From assembly GCA_964607485.1 (NCBI GenBank), contig CAZSKP010000009.1, positions 14,045 to 78,044 of the forward strand: DNA of 64,000 nt, given 5' to 3'. How positions within the stretch are numbered: the first letter of the stretch is position 1; every line of letters begins with the position of its first letter. This DNA comes from an uncultured bacterium. GTDB lineage: Bacteria > Abyssobacteria > SURF-5. Position numbers and translations under genes: made by a program. This document shows positions 9,606 through 19,656 of this stretch, piece by piece. The notes under the pieces are model-generated. The model searched no databases. It was not told the origin of the DNA and worked only from the letters and a program-made list of their open reading frames with translations.

Positions 9606-12179
9606 CTAATTGCTGCGACGGGGTGCGGCGGGTTTGCGGCGTGGGTGGCGGAATGAGGCGAAGAAGCGCTGGAATTCGTCGAAGACCTCGTCGGAGCCGC
9701 CGCGAACGATGCGGCACGCCGGCAGCGAATTGAGGAACGTGCGCCCGTACGATTTCTCGACGACGCGCTTGTCGAGGATCAGAACGGCGCCGTGGTCGGT
9801 GCGGTTGCGGATGAGGCGGCCGAAGCCCTGCTTAAACTTGATGGCGGCCAGCGGGACGGCGTATTCGGTGAACGAGTTGCCGCCGCGCCGCTCGATGTCC
9901 TCGGCGCGCGCCTGCGTGACCGGCTCGTCGGGCACCTTGAACGGCAGCTTCACGAGCACGACGCATTCGAGCGATTCGCCCTCCACATCGACTCCTTCCC
10001 AGAAGCTGAGCGTCGCGAACAGCACCGACGTGGTATCGCGCCGGAACCGTTCGAGCAGCGCCGTCCGGTTGTCGTCGCCCTGACGCAACGCATTGACGCC
10101 CATCAGTTTCTGCAAACTCGGCGCGAGCTCGTCATACACCGAGTCGAGCATGCGAAACGCCGTGAACAGCAGGAAGGCGCGTCCCTGGCTGATGGTCAGG
10201 CATCGGAATATCGACTGAACGAGCGCTTCCCGATACTTCGGGTCCTTGACGACGGGGACATCTGTCGGGATTCCTATTATCGCCTGCTCGGCGAAATCGA
10301 ACGGCGACGGAAGCGCGATGAACTCCGTGCGGTCGGCATCGACCTTGTCCAGCCCGATGCGGCCCGCGACAAAATCGAACCGGCCCTCGACGGTCAGCGT
10401 CGCGGAGGTGAGCACAATCGTGGGGAAATGCGAGTAAATCTGCTCGGCGAGCACCGTCCCCACGTCGAGCGGGACCGAATAGAGCCTCACCACCGACGTT
10501 CTCTTTCCGCCGCGAGCTTCTATCCACCTGATGCGGTCGGGGTCGTCGCCGAAAAGCGCGTCCTCGATGTTCGACGCGGCGACGTCGAGCCTGTTGCAGA
10601 TGGCTCGAAGCTCGATGCGCTCGTCTATGAAATCCAGCTCGCCGCCCGTGTCGCGCTTGAGACCGTCCAGCCTTTTGAGCACGAGATTGATCCGCGAGAT
10701 GAGATTGCGCAGTTCGGTAAGAAGCTTCTCCACCGGCGGCAGACAATCCTCACGCCAACGGTCGTCTTCCTGCAGTTGCGGTCCGACGCGCATCTTGATT
10801 TCGCCCTTCGCTCCCCGAGACTGTGCCGATGTTAACTCGTAAATGGCGTCGAACGCCTCCGCCAGCCTGTGCTCCAGTTCGCTCTTCAGCGGGATTATCT
10901 CGTCCTGAATGTCCAGGAGGATTTCGTCTATTTTCTCGCTCACGCCCGGTGCGCGCATGAGCTTCGCCCTGAGAACCGTCACCAGCCCGCCCTCCCGCCT
11001 TCTCGGCTGGCGGTGGTGGATGCGTCCGAGCAGCCGCAGTAGGCCGATGCGCGTGACCCTCGCTCCGAAATATGAGGTCGCCGAATCCTCGACGTTGTGA
11101 GCCTCGTCGAGTATCACGCGACGATAGCCGGGCAGAATGGCCATGTCGGAATAACTCTGCGTCGCGCTCCTCAGGGCGAGGTCGGCGAAGAGGAGATGAT
11201 GATTCACCACGAGCAGGTCGGCCGAGGCGGCTTCGCGGCGCGCCTTGTTCACGAAGCAGTCGGCAAAGCGGGCGCATCGCGCGCGCGGGCACGTGTCGCT
11301 CTCGGCGTTCACCTTGTCCCATATCTCTGGCTTCGGGACGAAGTTGAGGTCCGACCGGCTGCCGTCGCGCGTCTGCTTCGCCCATTCCATAATAGAGCGC
11401 AGCACGTCGCACTCCTCGGGCGTCGTCAGCAGGTCGAACTCGCGCTCGAGCATGGCCAGCTTGCGCAGGCAGACGTAATTGCCCCGGCCCTTGACCAGCA
11501 CGGCCTTGCATTCGGCCCCGAGCGCGGACAGAAGCGTCGGAATGTCTTTTTTGATGAGCTGCTCCTGCAGGTTGATGGTGTTCGTCGAGACGACGACGCG
11601 CTCCTTGTTTGTCACGGCCCACGAGATTGCGGGGATGAGGTACGCGAACGTTTTCCCCGTGCCCGTGCCGGCCTCGATCGCGACGATGCCGTCTTCGTTG
11701 AACGCGCGCGCCACAGCGCGCATCATCTCGACCTGCTGTTCCCTGTGCTCGTATTTCTTCAGCTTGCGCGCGATAGGCCCGCGGGGCATGAGAACTTTAG
11801 AAAGCTTCTCAGCGTCGAGCGGCTCAAGCTTCTCGCGCCCGAATGCGGCGACGACCTCATACACGCGCGTGACGGAATTATTGATGATGTAGAAACCCAC
11901 GCCCGCCTGCCCGACGCCGCTGGCAATGGAGATGTCGGCCGACGACGGGTCGAGCGGCCCGGAGGGATGGTTGTGGATGACGACGTCGCCCGGCCGCGCA
12001 AGCTGCGTTATCGCGGGCACCGCCCCCTCGTTCCCGTGGGCCAGAGGGACGGCCTTCGTGACGACGCGCTCGTCATCGGTGCTGCCGAGAAAGAAGACCT
12101 CGTTGCCGCCCGAGGCTTCGATCTCGGTGCGCACGGCCTCGATGACAGCGGGTGCGAACAGCTTCTTTGCGGATTTCAT
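9606..12179 (-). CDS. dinG: DinG/Rad3-family ATP-dependent DNA helicase with N-terminal RadC-like JAB domain
   Basis: ATG at 12179 (ORF track start is TTG 12185). N-terminal region has VVIHNHPSGPLDPSSADISIA (RadC-like JAB HNHPSG motif); helicase core has Walker A EAGTGTGKTFAYLIPA and VLDEAHN (DEAH-type). Confidence 0.8.
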   Translation of the reverse strand: MKSAKKLFAPAVIEAVRTEIEASGGNEVFFLGSTDDERVVTKAVPLAHGNEGAVPAITQLARPGDVVIHNHPSGPLDPSSADISIASGVGQAGVGFYIINNSVTRVYEVVAAFGREKLEPLDAEKLSKVLMPRGPIARKLKKYEHREQQVEMMRAVARAFNEDGIVAIEAGTGTGKTFAYLIPAISWAVTNKERVVVSTNTINLQEQLIKKDIPTLLSALGAECKAVLVKGRGNYVCLRKLAMLEREFDLLTTPEECDVLRSIMEWAKQTRDGSRSDLNFVPKPEIWDKVNAESDTCPRARCARFADCFVNKARREAASADLLVVNHHLLFADLALRSATQSYSDMAILPGYRRVILDEAHNVEDSATSYFGARVTRIGLLRLLGRIHHRQPRRREGGLVTVLRAKLMRAPGVSEKIDEILLDIQDEIIPLKSELEHRLAEAFDAIYELTSAQSRGAKGEIKMRVGPQLQEDDRWREDCLPPVEKLLTELRNLISRINLVLKRLDGLKRDTGGELDFIDERIELRAICNRLDVAASNIEDALFGDDPDRIRWIEARGGKRTSVVRLYSVPLDVGTVLAEQIYSHFPTIVLTSATLTVEGRFDFVAGRIGLDKVDADRTEFIALPSPFDFAEQAIIGIPTDVPVVKDPKYREALVQSIFRCLTISQGRAFLLFTAFRMLDSVYDELAPSLQKLMGVNALRQGDDNRTALLERFRRDTTSVLFATLSFWEGVDVEGESLECVVLVKLPFKVPDEPVTQARAEDIERRGGNSFTEYAVPLAAIKFKQGFGRLIRNRTDHGAVLILDKRVVEKSYGRTFLNSLPACRIVRGGSDEVFDEFQRFFASFRHPRRKPAAPRRSN

Positions 12180-12216
12180 ACACAACCATTATACCTGCGA
12201 AGGCACGAAGAAATAC

Positions 12217-12263
12217 AGAAAGAAAAGGGGGAAAAAGGAAGGAGGGAAAAGGGGAAAAGGAAA
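12217..12263. repeat. 47-nt uninterrupted purine (A/G) tract in the pgeF-dinG intergenic region
   Basis: Plus strand 12217-12263 is only A and G (agaaagaaaagggggaaaaaggaaggagggaaaaggggaaaaggaaa); lies just upstream of the dinG start on the coding strand. Confidence 0.6.
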
Positions 12264-12285
12264 TTCATCTGAAGTGTCCCAAGGA

Positions 12286-13104
12286 CTAAATGATTGCAAT
12301 GACGGAGAGCGTGCGGCCGACGCCGGGGCCGTGCCTGCGGGCGGAGAAATATTCGTGCGAGTTGCAGGCGGAGCAGATTTCGGGATTGATAATCCGTTCG
12401 CCGCTCATGCCGCAGTCTTCGAGCTGCCGCCGATTGGCGAGCCACAGGTCGAGATGCCACTTTTCCTGAGCCGTCTTCCGGAAGAGCGATGGCGCGTAGT
12501 GAAATTCTACGCTGAATTGCTCGTAAACATCGCGGCCGACCTCGTAGCAGCACGGACCGATGGACGGCCCGAACGCCGCCCACATGACCGCAGGGTTCGA
12601 CCCGAATTCCTCTCGCATCCTCTCGACGGTTTTCCGGGCGATAGAGAGCCCCGCGCTGCGCCAGCCGGCATGCACGATGCCTACCGCCATTCGCTCCGGG
12701 TCGTACAAGAAGAGTGGCACGCAATCCGCCGTGAACACGCCCACCGGCACGCCCGGCACGTCGGTGACCAACGCGTCGGTCGCAGGGATGGCGTCGTCGT
12801 AGCTGAGCGCTCCCCTGCCAAGGTGTTCCGCGGTCACGCGGCAGACGTTGTCGCCGTGCACCTGCTGGGCTGCGGTGAAGGAGTCTCGGTCCAGACCGAG
12901 CTCATCGAAGATAAGCCTTCGATTTTCGAGGACGTTTATGGGGTCGTCGCCTGTGTGAAGGCCGGTATTAAGGTTCCCGGAAGAGGAATCGTCTTTAGCA
13001 AGCCGGCGCGTGGTAAACGCCGCTACTATTTTATCGAACGGCGCCTCGGAGGGAAACGCATACCGCACGGGACTTCGATCATTCACGGATAATTTATTCT
13101 GCAT
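12286..13104 (-). CDS. pgeF: YfiH/PgeF-family (laccase-domain) protein
   Basis: 272 aa; family-typical VHAGWRSAG and CCYEVG motifs. Confidence 0.75.
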   Translation of the reverse strand: MQNKLSVNDRSPVRYAFPSEAPFDKIVAAFTTRRLAKDDSSSGNLNTGLHTGDDPINVLENRRLIFDELGLDRDSFTAAQQVHGDNVCRVTAEHLGRGALSYDDAIPATDALVTDVPGVPVGVFTADCVPLFLYDPERMAVGIVHAGWRSAGLSIARKTVERMREEFGSNPAVMWAAFGPSIGPCCYEVGRDVYEQFSVEFHYAPSLFRKTAQEKWHLDLWLANRRQLEDCGMSGERIINPEICSACNSHEYFSARRHGPGVGRTLSVIAII

Positions 13105-13107
13105 TAC

Positions 13108-14475
13108 TCACAGGATGAATCGGCTCAGGTCCTGGTCTTTGAGGATTTCCTTCAGGCGGTCCTTCACGTAGGCGGCGTCGACGGTGACGGTGCTGCCCGA
13201 GCGGGCGGGCGCGTCGAAGGAGATGTCCTCCACCACGCGCTCCATGATGGTGTGAAGCCGGCGCGCGCCGATGTTTTCGGTCTGCTCGTTCACAAGCTCG
13301 GCGCTTGTTGCTATCTCCTTGATCGCGTCGTCGGTGATGATGAGCTCGACACCCTCGGTCTTCAGAAGGCCGATGTATTGCTTGACGAGCGCGTTCAGCG
13401 GCTCCTGCAGAATGCGGACAAAATCCTCGGCCGTGAGGCTCGACAGCTCGACGCGCAGGGGAAAACGCCCCTGCAGTTCGGGAATGAGGTCGGACGGCTT
13501 GGTCATGTGGAACGCGCCGGCGGCGATGAAGAGGATGTGCTGGGTGTTCACCGGCCCGTATTTCGTTATGACGGTGCTGCCTTCGACGAGCGGAAGCAGG
13601 TCGCGCTGGACGCCCTCGCGGGACACGTCGGGCCCGTAGCCCGATTGTCCACGGCTCGCGACCTTGTCTATTTCATCAAGAAATATGATGCCCGCGTGCC
13701 GGGTTCTTTCGAGCGCCGTCGATACGACTTCGTCCATGTCGATGAGCTTCTGAGCCTCCTCCTGCGCGAGGATCTTCTTCGCTTCCTTAATCTTCACCTT
13801 CTTCTTCTTTGTCTGCGAGGGCATGAGCTTGCCGAGGAAGCCCTTCAGGCCCACGTCCATCTCCTCGAGGCCCGAGCCGGAAAAAATCTGGAGGGGAAGC
13901 GAGGCGGACTCCTGCATCTCTATTTCGACGTATCGCTCGTCCATCTCGCCGTTTCGGAGTTTTTCCATCAGCCTGTCGCGCGTCGTCGCGGGAGCCGCAA
14001 CTGTATCGGCCGGCCCGCGCCCGTAGAACGCCTCGCCGGTTCCACCTGCGGGACGGTACTGCGGCGGCAGGATGATGTCCATCAGGCGCTCTTCGGCCAT
14101 CTTCTCGGCCACCGTTTCGACCTCGGCGGTACGCTGCGACTTGACCATGTTGATTGCGATCTCGGTCAGCTCCCGAATCATCGATTCGACATCGCGGCCG
14201 ACGTAGCCGACCTCGGTGAACTTCGACGCCTCCACTTTAAGGAACGGCGCATCGGCCAGGCGCGCGAGCCGCCGGGCGATCTCGGTCTTGCCGACTCCCG
14301 TCGGTCCGATCATGATGATGTTCTTCGGGGCGACCTCGTCGCGAAGCTCCTCGGGCAGGTGCTGACGCCGCCAGCGGTTGCGCATGGCGATGGCCACCAT
14401 CCGCTTCGCGTCATTCTGGCCGATGATGTACTTGTCGAGCTCGGCCACTATCTGCTTTGGAGTCAGCGAGCTCAT
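13108..14475 (-). CDS. hslU: ATP-dependent protease ATPase subunit HslU
   Basis: Starts [20 protein letters not shown] at internal ATG 14475 (overlaps upstream stop, ATGA); Walker [16 protein letters not shown]; HslU length and I-domain. No hslV seen adjacent. Confidence 0.9.
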   Translation of the reverse strand: MSSLTPKQIVAELDKYIIGQNDAKRMVAIAMRNRWRRQHLPEELRDEVAPKNIIMIGPTGVGKTEIARRLARLADAPFLKVEASKFTEVGYVGRDVESMIRELTEIAINMVKSQRTAEVETVAEKMAEERLMDIILPPQYRPAGGTGEAFYGRGPADTVAAPATTRDRLMEKLRNGEMDERYVEIEMQESASLPLQIFSGSGLEEMDVGLKGFLGKLMPSQTKKKKVKIKEAKKILAQEEAQKLIDMDEVVSTALERTRHAGIIFLDEIDKVASRGQSGYGPDVSREGVQRDLLPLVEGSTVITKYGPVNTQHILFIAAGAFHMTKPSDLIPELQGRFPLRVELSSLTAEDFVRILQEPLNALVKQYIGLLKTEGVELIITDDAIKEIATSAELVNEQTENIGARRLHTIMERVVEDISFDAPARSGSTVTVDAAYVKDRLKEILKDQDLSRFIL

Positions 14476-14927
14476 ACTCGGTTCATTTCCTTCACGACGA
14501 TTTCGATTCCCGCCTCTTCGAGCATCCCGCGGGCGAGCTTGTCCGGATAATCGCCGCACACGACGATGCGTTCGACGCCGGTGTTAATCAGCATCTTGGC
14601 GCAGAGCACGCAGGGCTGGTTGGTGCAATACATGGTCGAGCCGCGCAGGCTGATTCCGAACTGGGCCGCCTGAAGGATGGCGTTCTGCTCGGCGTGGATG
14701 CCCCGGCACAGCTCGTGCCTCTCGCCCGACGGTATCCCCTCGCGCTCGCGGATGCAGCCGACCTCGGAGCAATGTTTCAGTCCGCTCGGTGCTCCGTTAT
14801 AGCCCGTGGTGAGCATGCGCTTGTCGCGGACGAACACGGCGCCCACCTGACGCCTCAGGCACGTGGAGCGGCTCGAGACGAGGTTCGCGATTTCCAGAAA
14901 ATATTCATCCCATGAAGGTCGTGCCAC
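14472..14927 (-). CDS. dCMP deaminase (cytidine/deoxycytidylate deaminase family)
   Basis: 151 aa; zinc-binding HAEQNAI and PCVLCAKM motifs. Confidence 0.8.
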   Translation of the reverse strand: MARPSWDEYFLEIANLVSSRSTCLRRQVGAVFVRDKRMLTTGYNGAPSGLKHCSEVGCIREREGIPSGERHELCRGIHAEQNAILQAAQFGISLRGSTMYCTNQPCVLCAKMLINTGVERIVVCGDYPDKLARGMLEEAGIEIVVKEMNRV

Positions 14928-14962
14928 GATGTGCCTCCATCGTTATTCGAAAGCGGTGCGGC

Positions 14963-16246
14963 TCACGCGTCGCCGGGCATCGGAAACCGGTCGCAGAGTT
15001 CCTGCACGCGTTCGCCGATTTTGGCGAGACGAGCTTCGTCGGAGCGCGCGTCCAGGGCCTCGTCGATGAGTTGCGCGATCAGAACCATCTCCTCCTCGCC
15101 CATGCCGCGCGTGGTGACCGCGGGAGTGCCCGGCCTGATGCCGCTGGTGACGGCGGGACTCTTCTTGTCGAACGGAATCGTGTTCTTGTTTACAGTTATG
15201 CCGGCGCGGTCGAGTATCTCGACCGCTTCCTGCCCGGTGACCCCCTTGTTGGTGAGGTCGATGAGCATCAGGTGCGTGTCGGTGCCGCCCGCGACCAGCC
15301 GGAAGCCGCGCTCGCCGAGCTCGGCGGCAAGTCGGGCGGCGTTGCGCGCGATCTTGCGCTGATAATCGGCGAACTCCTCGGTCATGGCCTCCTTCAGGCA
15401 GACTGCCTTGGCGGCGATGACATGCATGAGCGGGCCGCCCTGGATTCCGGGGAAAACCGTCTTATCGATTTTCTGCGCATATTTCTTCTTGCACAATACC
15501 ATGCCGCCGCGAGGCCCGCGCAGCGTCTTGTGCGTGGTCACCGCCACGAAATCGGAGTGCGGGAATGGACTGGGGTGCACGCCGCCCGCGATCAGCCCGG
15601 CGATGTGTGCGATGTCGGCCATCAGGTACGCGCCCACCTCGGAGGCGATCTTGGCAAACTCGGCGAAGTCGATCGTGCGCGGATAGGCGCTCGCGCCGAC
15701 GACGATCATCTTCGGCTTACAGGCGTGGGCCTGCTTCCTTATCGCGTCGAAATCGAGCGTCTCGGTCTTGGGATTCACGCCGTACGCGACGACTTTGAAG
15801 AGTTGGCCCGAGAAACTGGCGGGAGCGCCGTGCGTCAGGTGCCCGCCGTGCGACAGCTCCATGCCCATGATCACGTCGCCCGGCTTCAGGACGCTGAGAT
15901 ACACCGCCATGTTCGCCTGCGTGCCCGAGTGCGGCTGCACGTTCGCGTGTTCCGCCCCGAACAGTTTCTTAGCGCGCTCGATGGCAAGGTTTTCGACCAC
16001 GTCCACGTACTCGCAGCCGCCGTAATACCGATGTCCGGGATAGCCCTCGGCGTACTTGTTGGTCATCACGCAGCCCTGCGCCTCGAGCACGGCGGGGCTG
16101 GTGAAATTTTCGGACGGAATCAGTTGCAGCTTGCCGCGCTGCCGCTCATGCTCGCAGTCGATGGCGCGCGCGACGTCGGGATCCACCTTGGCCAGAACGC
16201 CCAGTTTTTCATCTACGGAACGGGAGTTTACAAATTTGGAACACAT
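14963..16246 (-). CDS. glyA: Serine hydroxymethyltransferase
   Basis: LIPSENF, PLP-site [16 protein letters not shown] at 16246 preferred over TTG 16270 (ORF track start), start uncertain. Confidence 0.95.
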   Translation of the reverse strand: MCSKFVNSRSVDEKLGVLAKVDPDVARAIDCEHERQRGKLQLIPSENFTSPAVLEAQGCVMTNKYAEGYPGHRYYGGCEYVDVVENLAIERAKKLFGAEHANVQPHSGTQANMAVYLSVLKPGDVIMGMELSHGGHLTHGAPASFSGQLFKVVAYGVNPKTETLDFDAIRKQAHACKPKMIVVGASAYPRTIDFAEFAKIASEVGAYLMADIAHIAGLIAGGVHPSPFPHSDFVAVTTHKTLRGPRGGMVLCKKKYAQKIDKTVFPGIQGGPLMHVIAAKAVCLKEAMTEEFADYQRKIARNAARLAAELGERGFRLVAGGTDTHLMLIDLTNKGVTGQEAVEILDRAGITVNKNTIPFDKKSPAVTSGIRPGTPAVTTRGMGEEEMVLIAQLIDEALDARSDEARLAKIGERVQELCDRFPMPGDA

Positions 16247-16522
16247 TTTCCCCCCAAAATAGCTTGACAAGAACTGACAATTATGGTATTACTATCATGC
16301 AGGTCCGAGTCCGTCTTTAGGGGCGGGGGTAGGTCCTGCTTTTCATTTCCCGTAAAAAGGCCTGATAATCCCCTCGGAATCATGGCGCGTAGCCTCTGTC
16401 ACAAGAATCGGCGCCAACAAACCAAAAGCTTCATTCAGCCCATACCTTTTCCGAGAGTGCCTCGGACTTTCCATCAGCTTTCCTTCGTGATACAAGAATA
16501 AAAACTCTGACTCGGTCCAAGT

Positions 16523-17437
16523 CTATAGAGTCCTATCCGAGGGAAGACGTTTCAGCCTCTTTGGTTCTTCCGGAGAATACTTTAGCCTTCGGCGTCGCAC
16601 ATCGTCTATTCTCCATCCCATCATAAATATCTCATGACTCCCTATCTTATCGACTTTCTTGAGTTTTATCTCTTGGCCTGGGAAGAAGGCACCACAGCTC
16701 ACCTCCTGCGGGGAACAGGAGTTATCGTTTACGCAGACCACTAAGGAATTGGTCTTGCTCGAAAGGCGTAAGCAAGATCCAAGTGCTTGTGAGAATTTGT
16801 TTGTATAGCACGGAACTAGGATAACTTCAATGTCCGCCTTGTTCAAACTCGTAGAGTTCAATACCTCAAACTTATATTCAGCATTACGGTCGGCCACATC
16901 TAGGCAAATCAAGACGCTAATTACTCCAAATTCTGTGTTAATAAGTAGAAATTTCGGTTTGCCTTTTGGAACTTTACATTCTTCGCCGGCCACTTGGGCC
17001 AGATTATATTTGTATTGCTGAAATGGTCTATTCCTATATGGCGTGTATATCAGCGAAGTATTAAAGAAGGTTCTTGGATCATAATATGAACCGGCAACAA
17101 TATGTGACCCAAATCTGCCTGCAAAATTTGCCAACTTGCTTTCCAGTCCACGTGCTCCGTACGGATAAGATAGTTCGCTGAAACAAATAAGATTTGCTCC
17201 TTTTCTTGCCGCACTTTGTGCACATTGCAGAAAATTCTTCGAGAAGCTTTTTAGCTTTGTCTCTTTGAGAACGAAGATGGTGTCATCTCTATCTGCTTTG
17301 GAAACAAAACAATCCTCGGGAATATGCATTGACACTAATGCAATTTTTATCTCTGGACGACTGACGAACGAAAGAGTCTTTGTTAGAGATAGAGTGTCCT
17401 CCTGAATAGTGACATTTTCCTTGCTGGGATTCGACAA
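16523..17437 (-). CDS. Nitrilase-superfamily (carbon-nitrogen hydrolase-like) protein; island gene C
   Basis: 304 aa in low-GC DNA; candidate E-K-C triad context: GANLICFSELSYP (Glu), YKYNL (Lys), VISVLICLDVADRN (Cys). First in-frame start is TTG at 17437; start uncertain. Confidence 0.5.
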   Translation of the reverse strand: MSNPSKENVTIQEDTLSLTKTLSFVSRPEIKIALVSMHIPEDCFVSKADRDDTIFVLKETKLKSFSKNFLQCAQSAARKGANLICFSELSYPYGARGLESKLANFAGRFGSHIVAGSYYDPRTFFNTSLIYTPYRNRPFQQYKYNLAQVAGEECKVPKGKPKFLLINTEFGVISVLICLDVADRNAEYKFEVLNSTSLNKADIEVILVPCYTNKFSQALGSCLRLSSKTNSLVVCVNDNSCSPQEVSCGAFFPGQEIKLKKVDKIGSHEIFMMGWRIDDVRRRRLKYSPEEPKRLKRLPSDRTL

Positions 17438-17520
17438 GTGTAATGTCTCACCAATTAGGGGTGCAGGATCATTCTTGAAAATAGGCTGAGATGCTATTGA
17501 AAACGAATGGCAGAAGCCAG

Positions 17521-18012
17521 TTAACCAAATCTCTGGTGTATCAGCTTTGTTTTCGCCAAATTAGCAACCTGTTCTCTGGGCAGACAGATACGTGTTAAGA
17601 AAGTACAATAGTCCTGCTCCAATTCCTTGAGATTCTCAATTGTTCCTCTCAGAGTCTTATTATTTCCCAAAGAAATGTCCGCCCCCTTCTTTCTCTCATC
17701 CAGCCTGTAATCGGATATCAGACAAGGATATTCGAAGATCCATTCCGGTATTTCTTCTAAACTTAATACAAGTGGTCGAGGCAAACCTCTCCGAACACAC
17801 TGGTGATCGACCTGTTCGATTTGTTCGTTGCATAGGACTCGTTTTTCAGTGAAGGAAAAGTAAAAGTTCTTCAACTCCTTGTTTTCTTTTTCGAAGCGAA
17901 GCCGAACATTTACACTGTCCGAATATTCCCAAACACTTACCCGCCCACAGATTAATCCCATAAACGCGTCCTCTCCCATACCCAATGCTGTTCGTAACAT
18001 TTGACCGAGCAA
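17521..18012 (-). CDS. Hypothetical protein; island gene B
   Basis: 163 aa ORF in low-GC DNA, no motif recognised; starts 2 bp after gene A stop (TTG 18012 or ATG 18000). Confidence 0.4.
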   Translation of the reverse strand: MLGQMLRTALGMGEDAFMGLICGRVSVWEYSDSVNVRLRFEKENKELKNFYFSFTEKRVLCNEQIEQVDHQCVRRGLPRPLVLSLEEIPEWIFEYPCLISDYRLDERKKGADISLGNNKTLRGTIENLKELEQDYCTFLTRICLPREQVANLAKTKLIHQRFG

Positions 18013-18013
18013 C

Positions 18014-18901
18014 TCAGTTGTCCGAACCGATCATGCGTGCAAAAGCTTTACTCACTCTCGCAGGTCCCGCGTCTCTAACAGTCAAAGGAGGGGTCTGGCG
18101 CTGGTCATAACAGATGCCAACATGGCTGTCAAATGTGCCATTTCCATTCGTGCTTGACTCTAAAACTATCCCTTCTGTGTCTTCACCCGCCAGACCAGCC
18201 CATTCAGCGTTTGTTGCTTCAAGATATTCTTGAATTTCTGGCCAGCTTGAGCACCTCCAACCCTGCCAGAAAATCATTGTTTCTGCAACATTGCGCATCT
18301 CCTTATCTGTCTTAATCATTGCTCTGAAATCTATCTCCTCGCCAGCGAGCAAACTGCTCACGCATCCTGCAAATTCAGGATCCATCGAAGCAACAAATTT
18401 GAGACTGATCTTCTTTCCTTTAGAAACTTCCTCGTAAAATCCTTCCTCAACCAATATTTTCCGATAGCTATTATAAACAATATCATCAAGGCCGGAGATA
18501 TATTCGGAACAGGTTGAAAAGAAATTGTGAATCTCTTGTGCATCCAAATTTCCGTTTGAAGACTGGATCAGAGAACATCTGGACCATATTTTACTTTTGT
18601 TTGGTGGAACACAAATCGTAATGGATGGCCTGTACTCGAGCAGAAAACCATTGGACCTAAATTGGAGACCGCCGAAAACCAATCCAGGCCCTTCCCGCGA
18701 CTCATTCTCTGGTTCTAGACTCTTTTCATTCGTGATACGCGTCAAGCAATTCTTGATCTCTTTATGGAGAGATATCCATTTGCGGCTCATTGCATTCCTT
18801 ACTGCAGTAGCCTTCCCATATTCACTGCTGCAGAATCCACGCGGTTTCACAACCAAGCATGACCTGATCAAAGGGAATCTGTATTGCTTGTCAGCGTACA
18901 A
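18014..18901 (-). CDS. Hypothetical protein; island gene A
   Basis: 295 aa ORF in low-GC DNA, no motif recognised; first in-frame start TTG at 18901, possible later ATG (MSRKWISLH). Confidence 0.4.
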   Translation of the reverse strand: MYADKQYRFPLIRSCLVVKPRGFCSSEYGKATAVRNAMSRKWISLHKEIKNCLTRITNEKSLEPENESREGPGLVFGGLQFRSNGFLLEYRPSITICVPPNKSKIWSRCSLIQSSNGNLDAQEIHNFFSTCSEYISGLDDIVYNSYRKILVEEGFYEEVSKGKKISLKFVASMDPEFAGCVSSLLAGEEIDFRAMIKTDKEMRNVAETMIFWQGWRCSSWPEIQEYLEATNAEWAGLAGEDTEGIVLESSTNGNGTFDSHVGICYDQRQTPPLTVRDAGPARVSKAFARMIGSDN

Positions 18902-19102
18902 GATTACACCTGCCTTCCTCCGGTTGCACTTATCATGCTTGCTCTAACTTCTGTTTTCCTAAGCACATGGACACACTAATATTATATCCTATAACATAAA
19001 CTTTTTCAAGAAACTTCCCGCCCATGGGGGATAGATTCTGGTTCGGGCGCTGAAGCGTAAACTCGGCATTAGTGGGCGATTATTTTCTCTCACGAACAAT
19101 CT

Positions 19103-19131
19103 ACCATAACGCACGCTAACAAATTTGTCAA
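19103..19131 (-). promoter_or_regulatory. Possible sigma70-like promoter upstream of the island genes (TTGACA-17nt-TATGGT)
   Basis: Minus-strand reading gives TTGACA (19131-19126), 17-nt spacer, TATGGT (19108-19103); about 190 nt upstream of TTG 18901. Confidence 0.25.
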
Positions 19132-19221
19132 GTTGAATGCAATATTCTTCTTTCGTAGTTCCGCAACGAATGTCCAGGTTCCACGAAGGCCGAACGCGAA
19201 GCAGCATTAAGCATACCTTTA

Positions 19222-19656
19222 CTATTCTTCGCCGTCTATTTTGCGGATTCGCCTGAGGTGGCGTCCCCCCTCGAAGGGAGTTTCCATCCACACGCGGAGT
19301 ATGTCCCGGGCGGCGGCAAAATCGATGAGCCTCGAGCCGAGCACAAGCACGTTCGCGTCGTTGTGTGCTCTCGACATCTCTGCCATCCGGGTATTCATGC
19401 AGAGCGCGGCGCGGATGCCTTTGTACCTGTTGGCCGTGTAGCTCATCCCCAGTCCGGTGCCGCATATGAGCACCCCGCGCTCGCATGCATTTGCGAGTAT
19501 CGTCTCGCACAGTTTCTTGGCAAAATCGGGATAGTCGCAGGATTCGGTGCTATAGCAGCCGAAGTCTTCCACCTCATGCCCTTCGGATGCGAGATGCTCC
19601 TTGACCCTTTCTTTCAGCTCAAATCCAGCGTGGTCAGAAGCTACCGCCAACTTCAT
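19222..19656 (-). CDS. rpiB: Ribose-5-phosphate isomerase B
   Basis: Starts MKLAVASDHAGFELKE at internal ATG 19656; RpiB/LacAB fold motifs GVLICGTGLG. Confidence 0.85.
   Translation of the reverse strand: MKLAVASDHAGFELKERVKEHLASEGHEVEDFGCYSTESCDYPDFAKKLCETILANACERGVLICGTGLGMSYTANRYKGIRAALCMNTRMAEMSRAHNDANVLVLGSRLIDFAAARDILRVWMETPFEGGRHLRRIRKIDGEE

Noticed and set aside
16271-16522. Possible riboswitch or structured leader upstream of glyA
   Set aside because: The region is the glyA 5' side and also the island boundary; I could not match any riboswitch consensus by eye.
16892-16910. 19-mer ggccacatctaggcaaatc in island gene C, shared with 35896-35914 (one mismatch) in the second low-GC islet
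   Set aside because: It falls in different reading frames in the two genes, and an 18-of-19 match is roughly expected once by chance among all position pairs in a 64-kb window on two strands.
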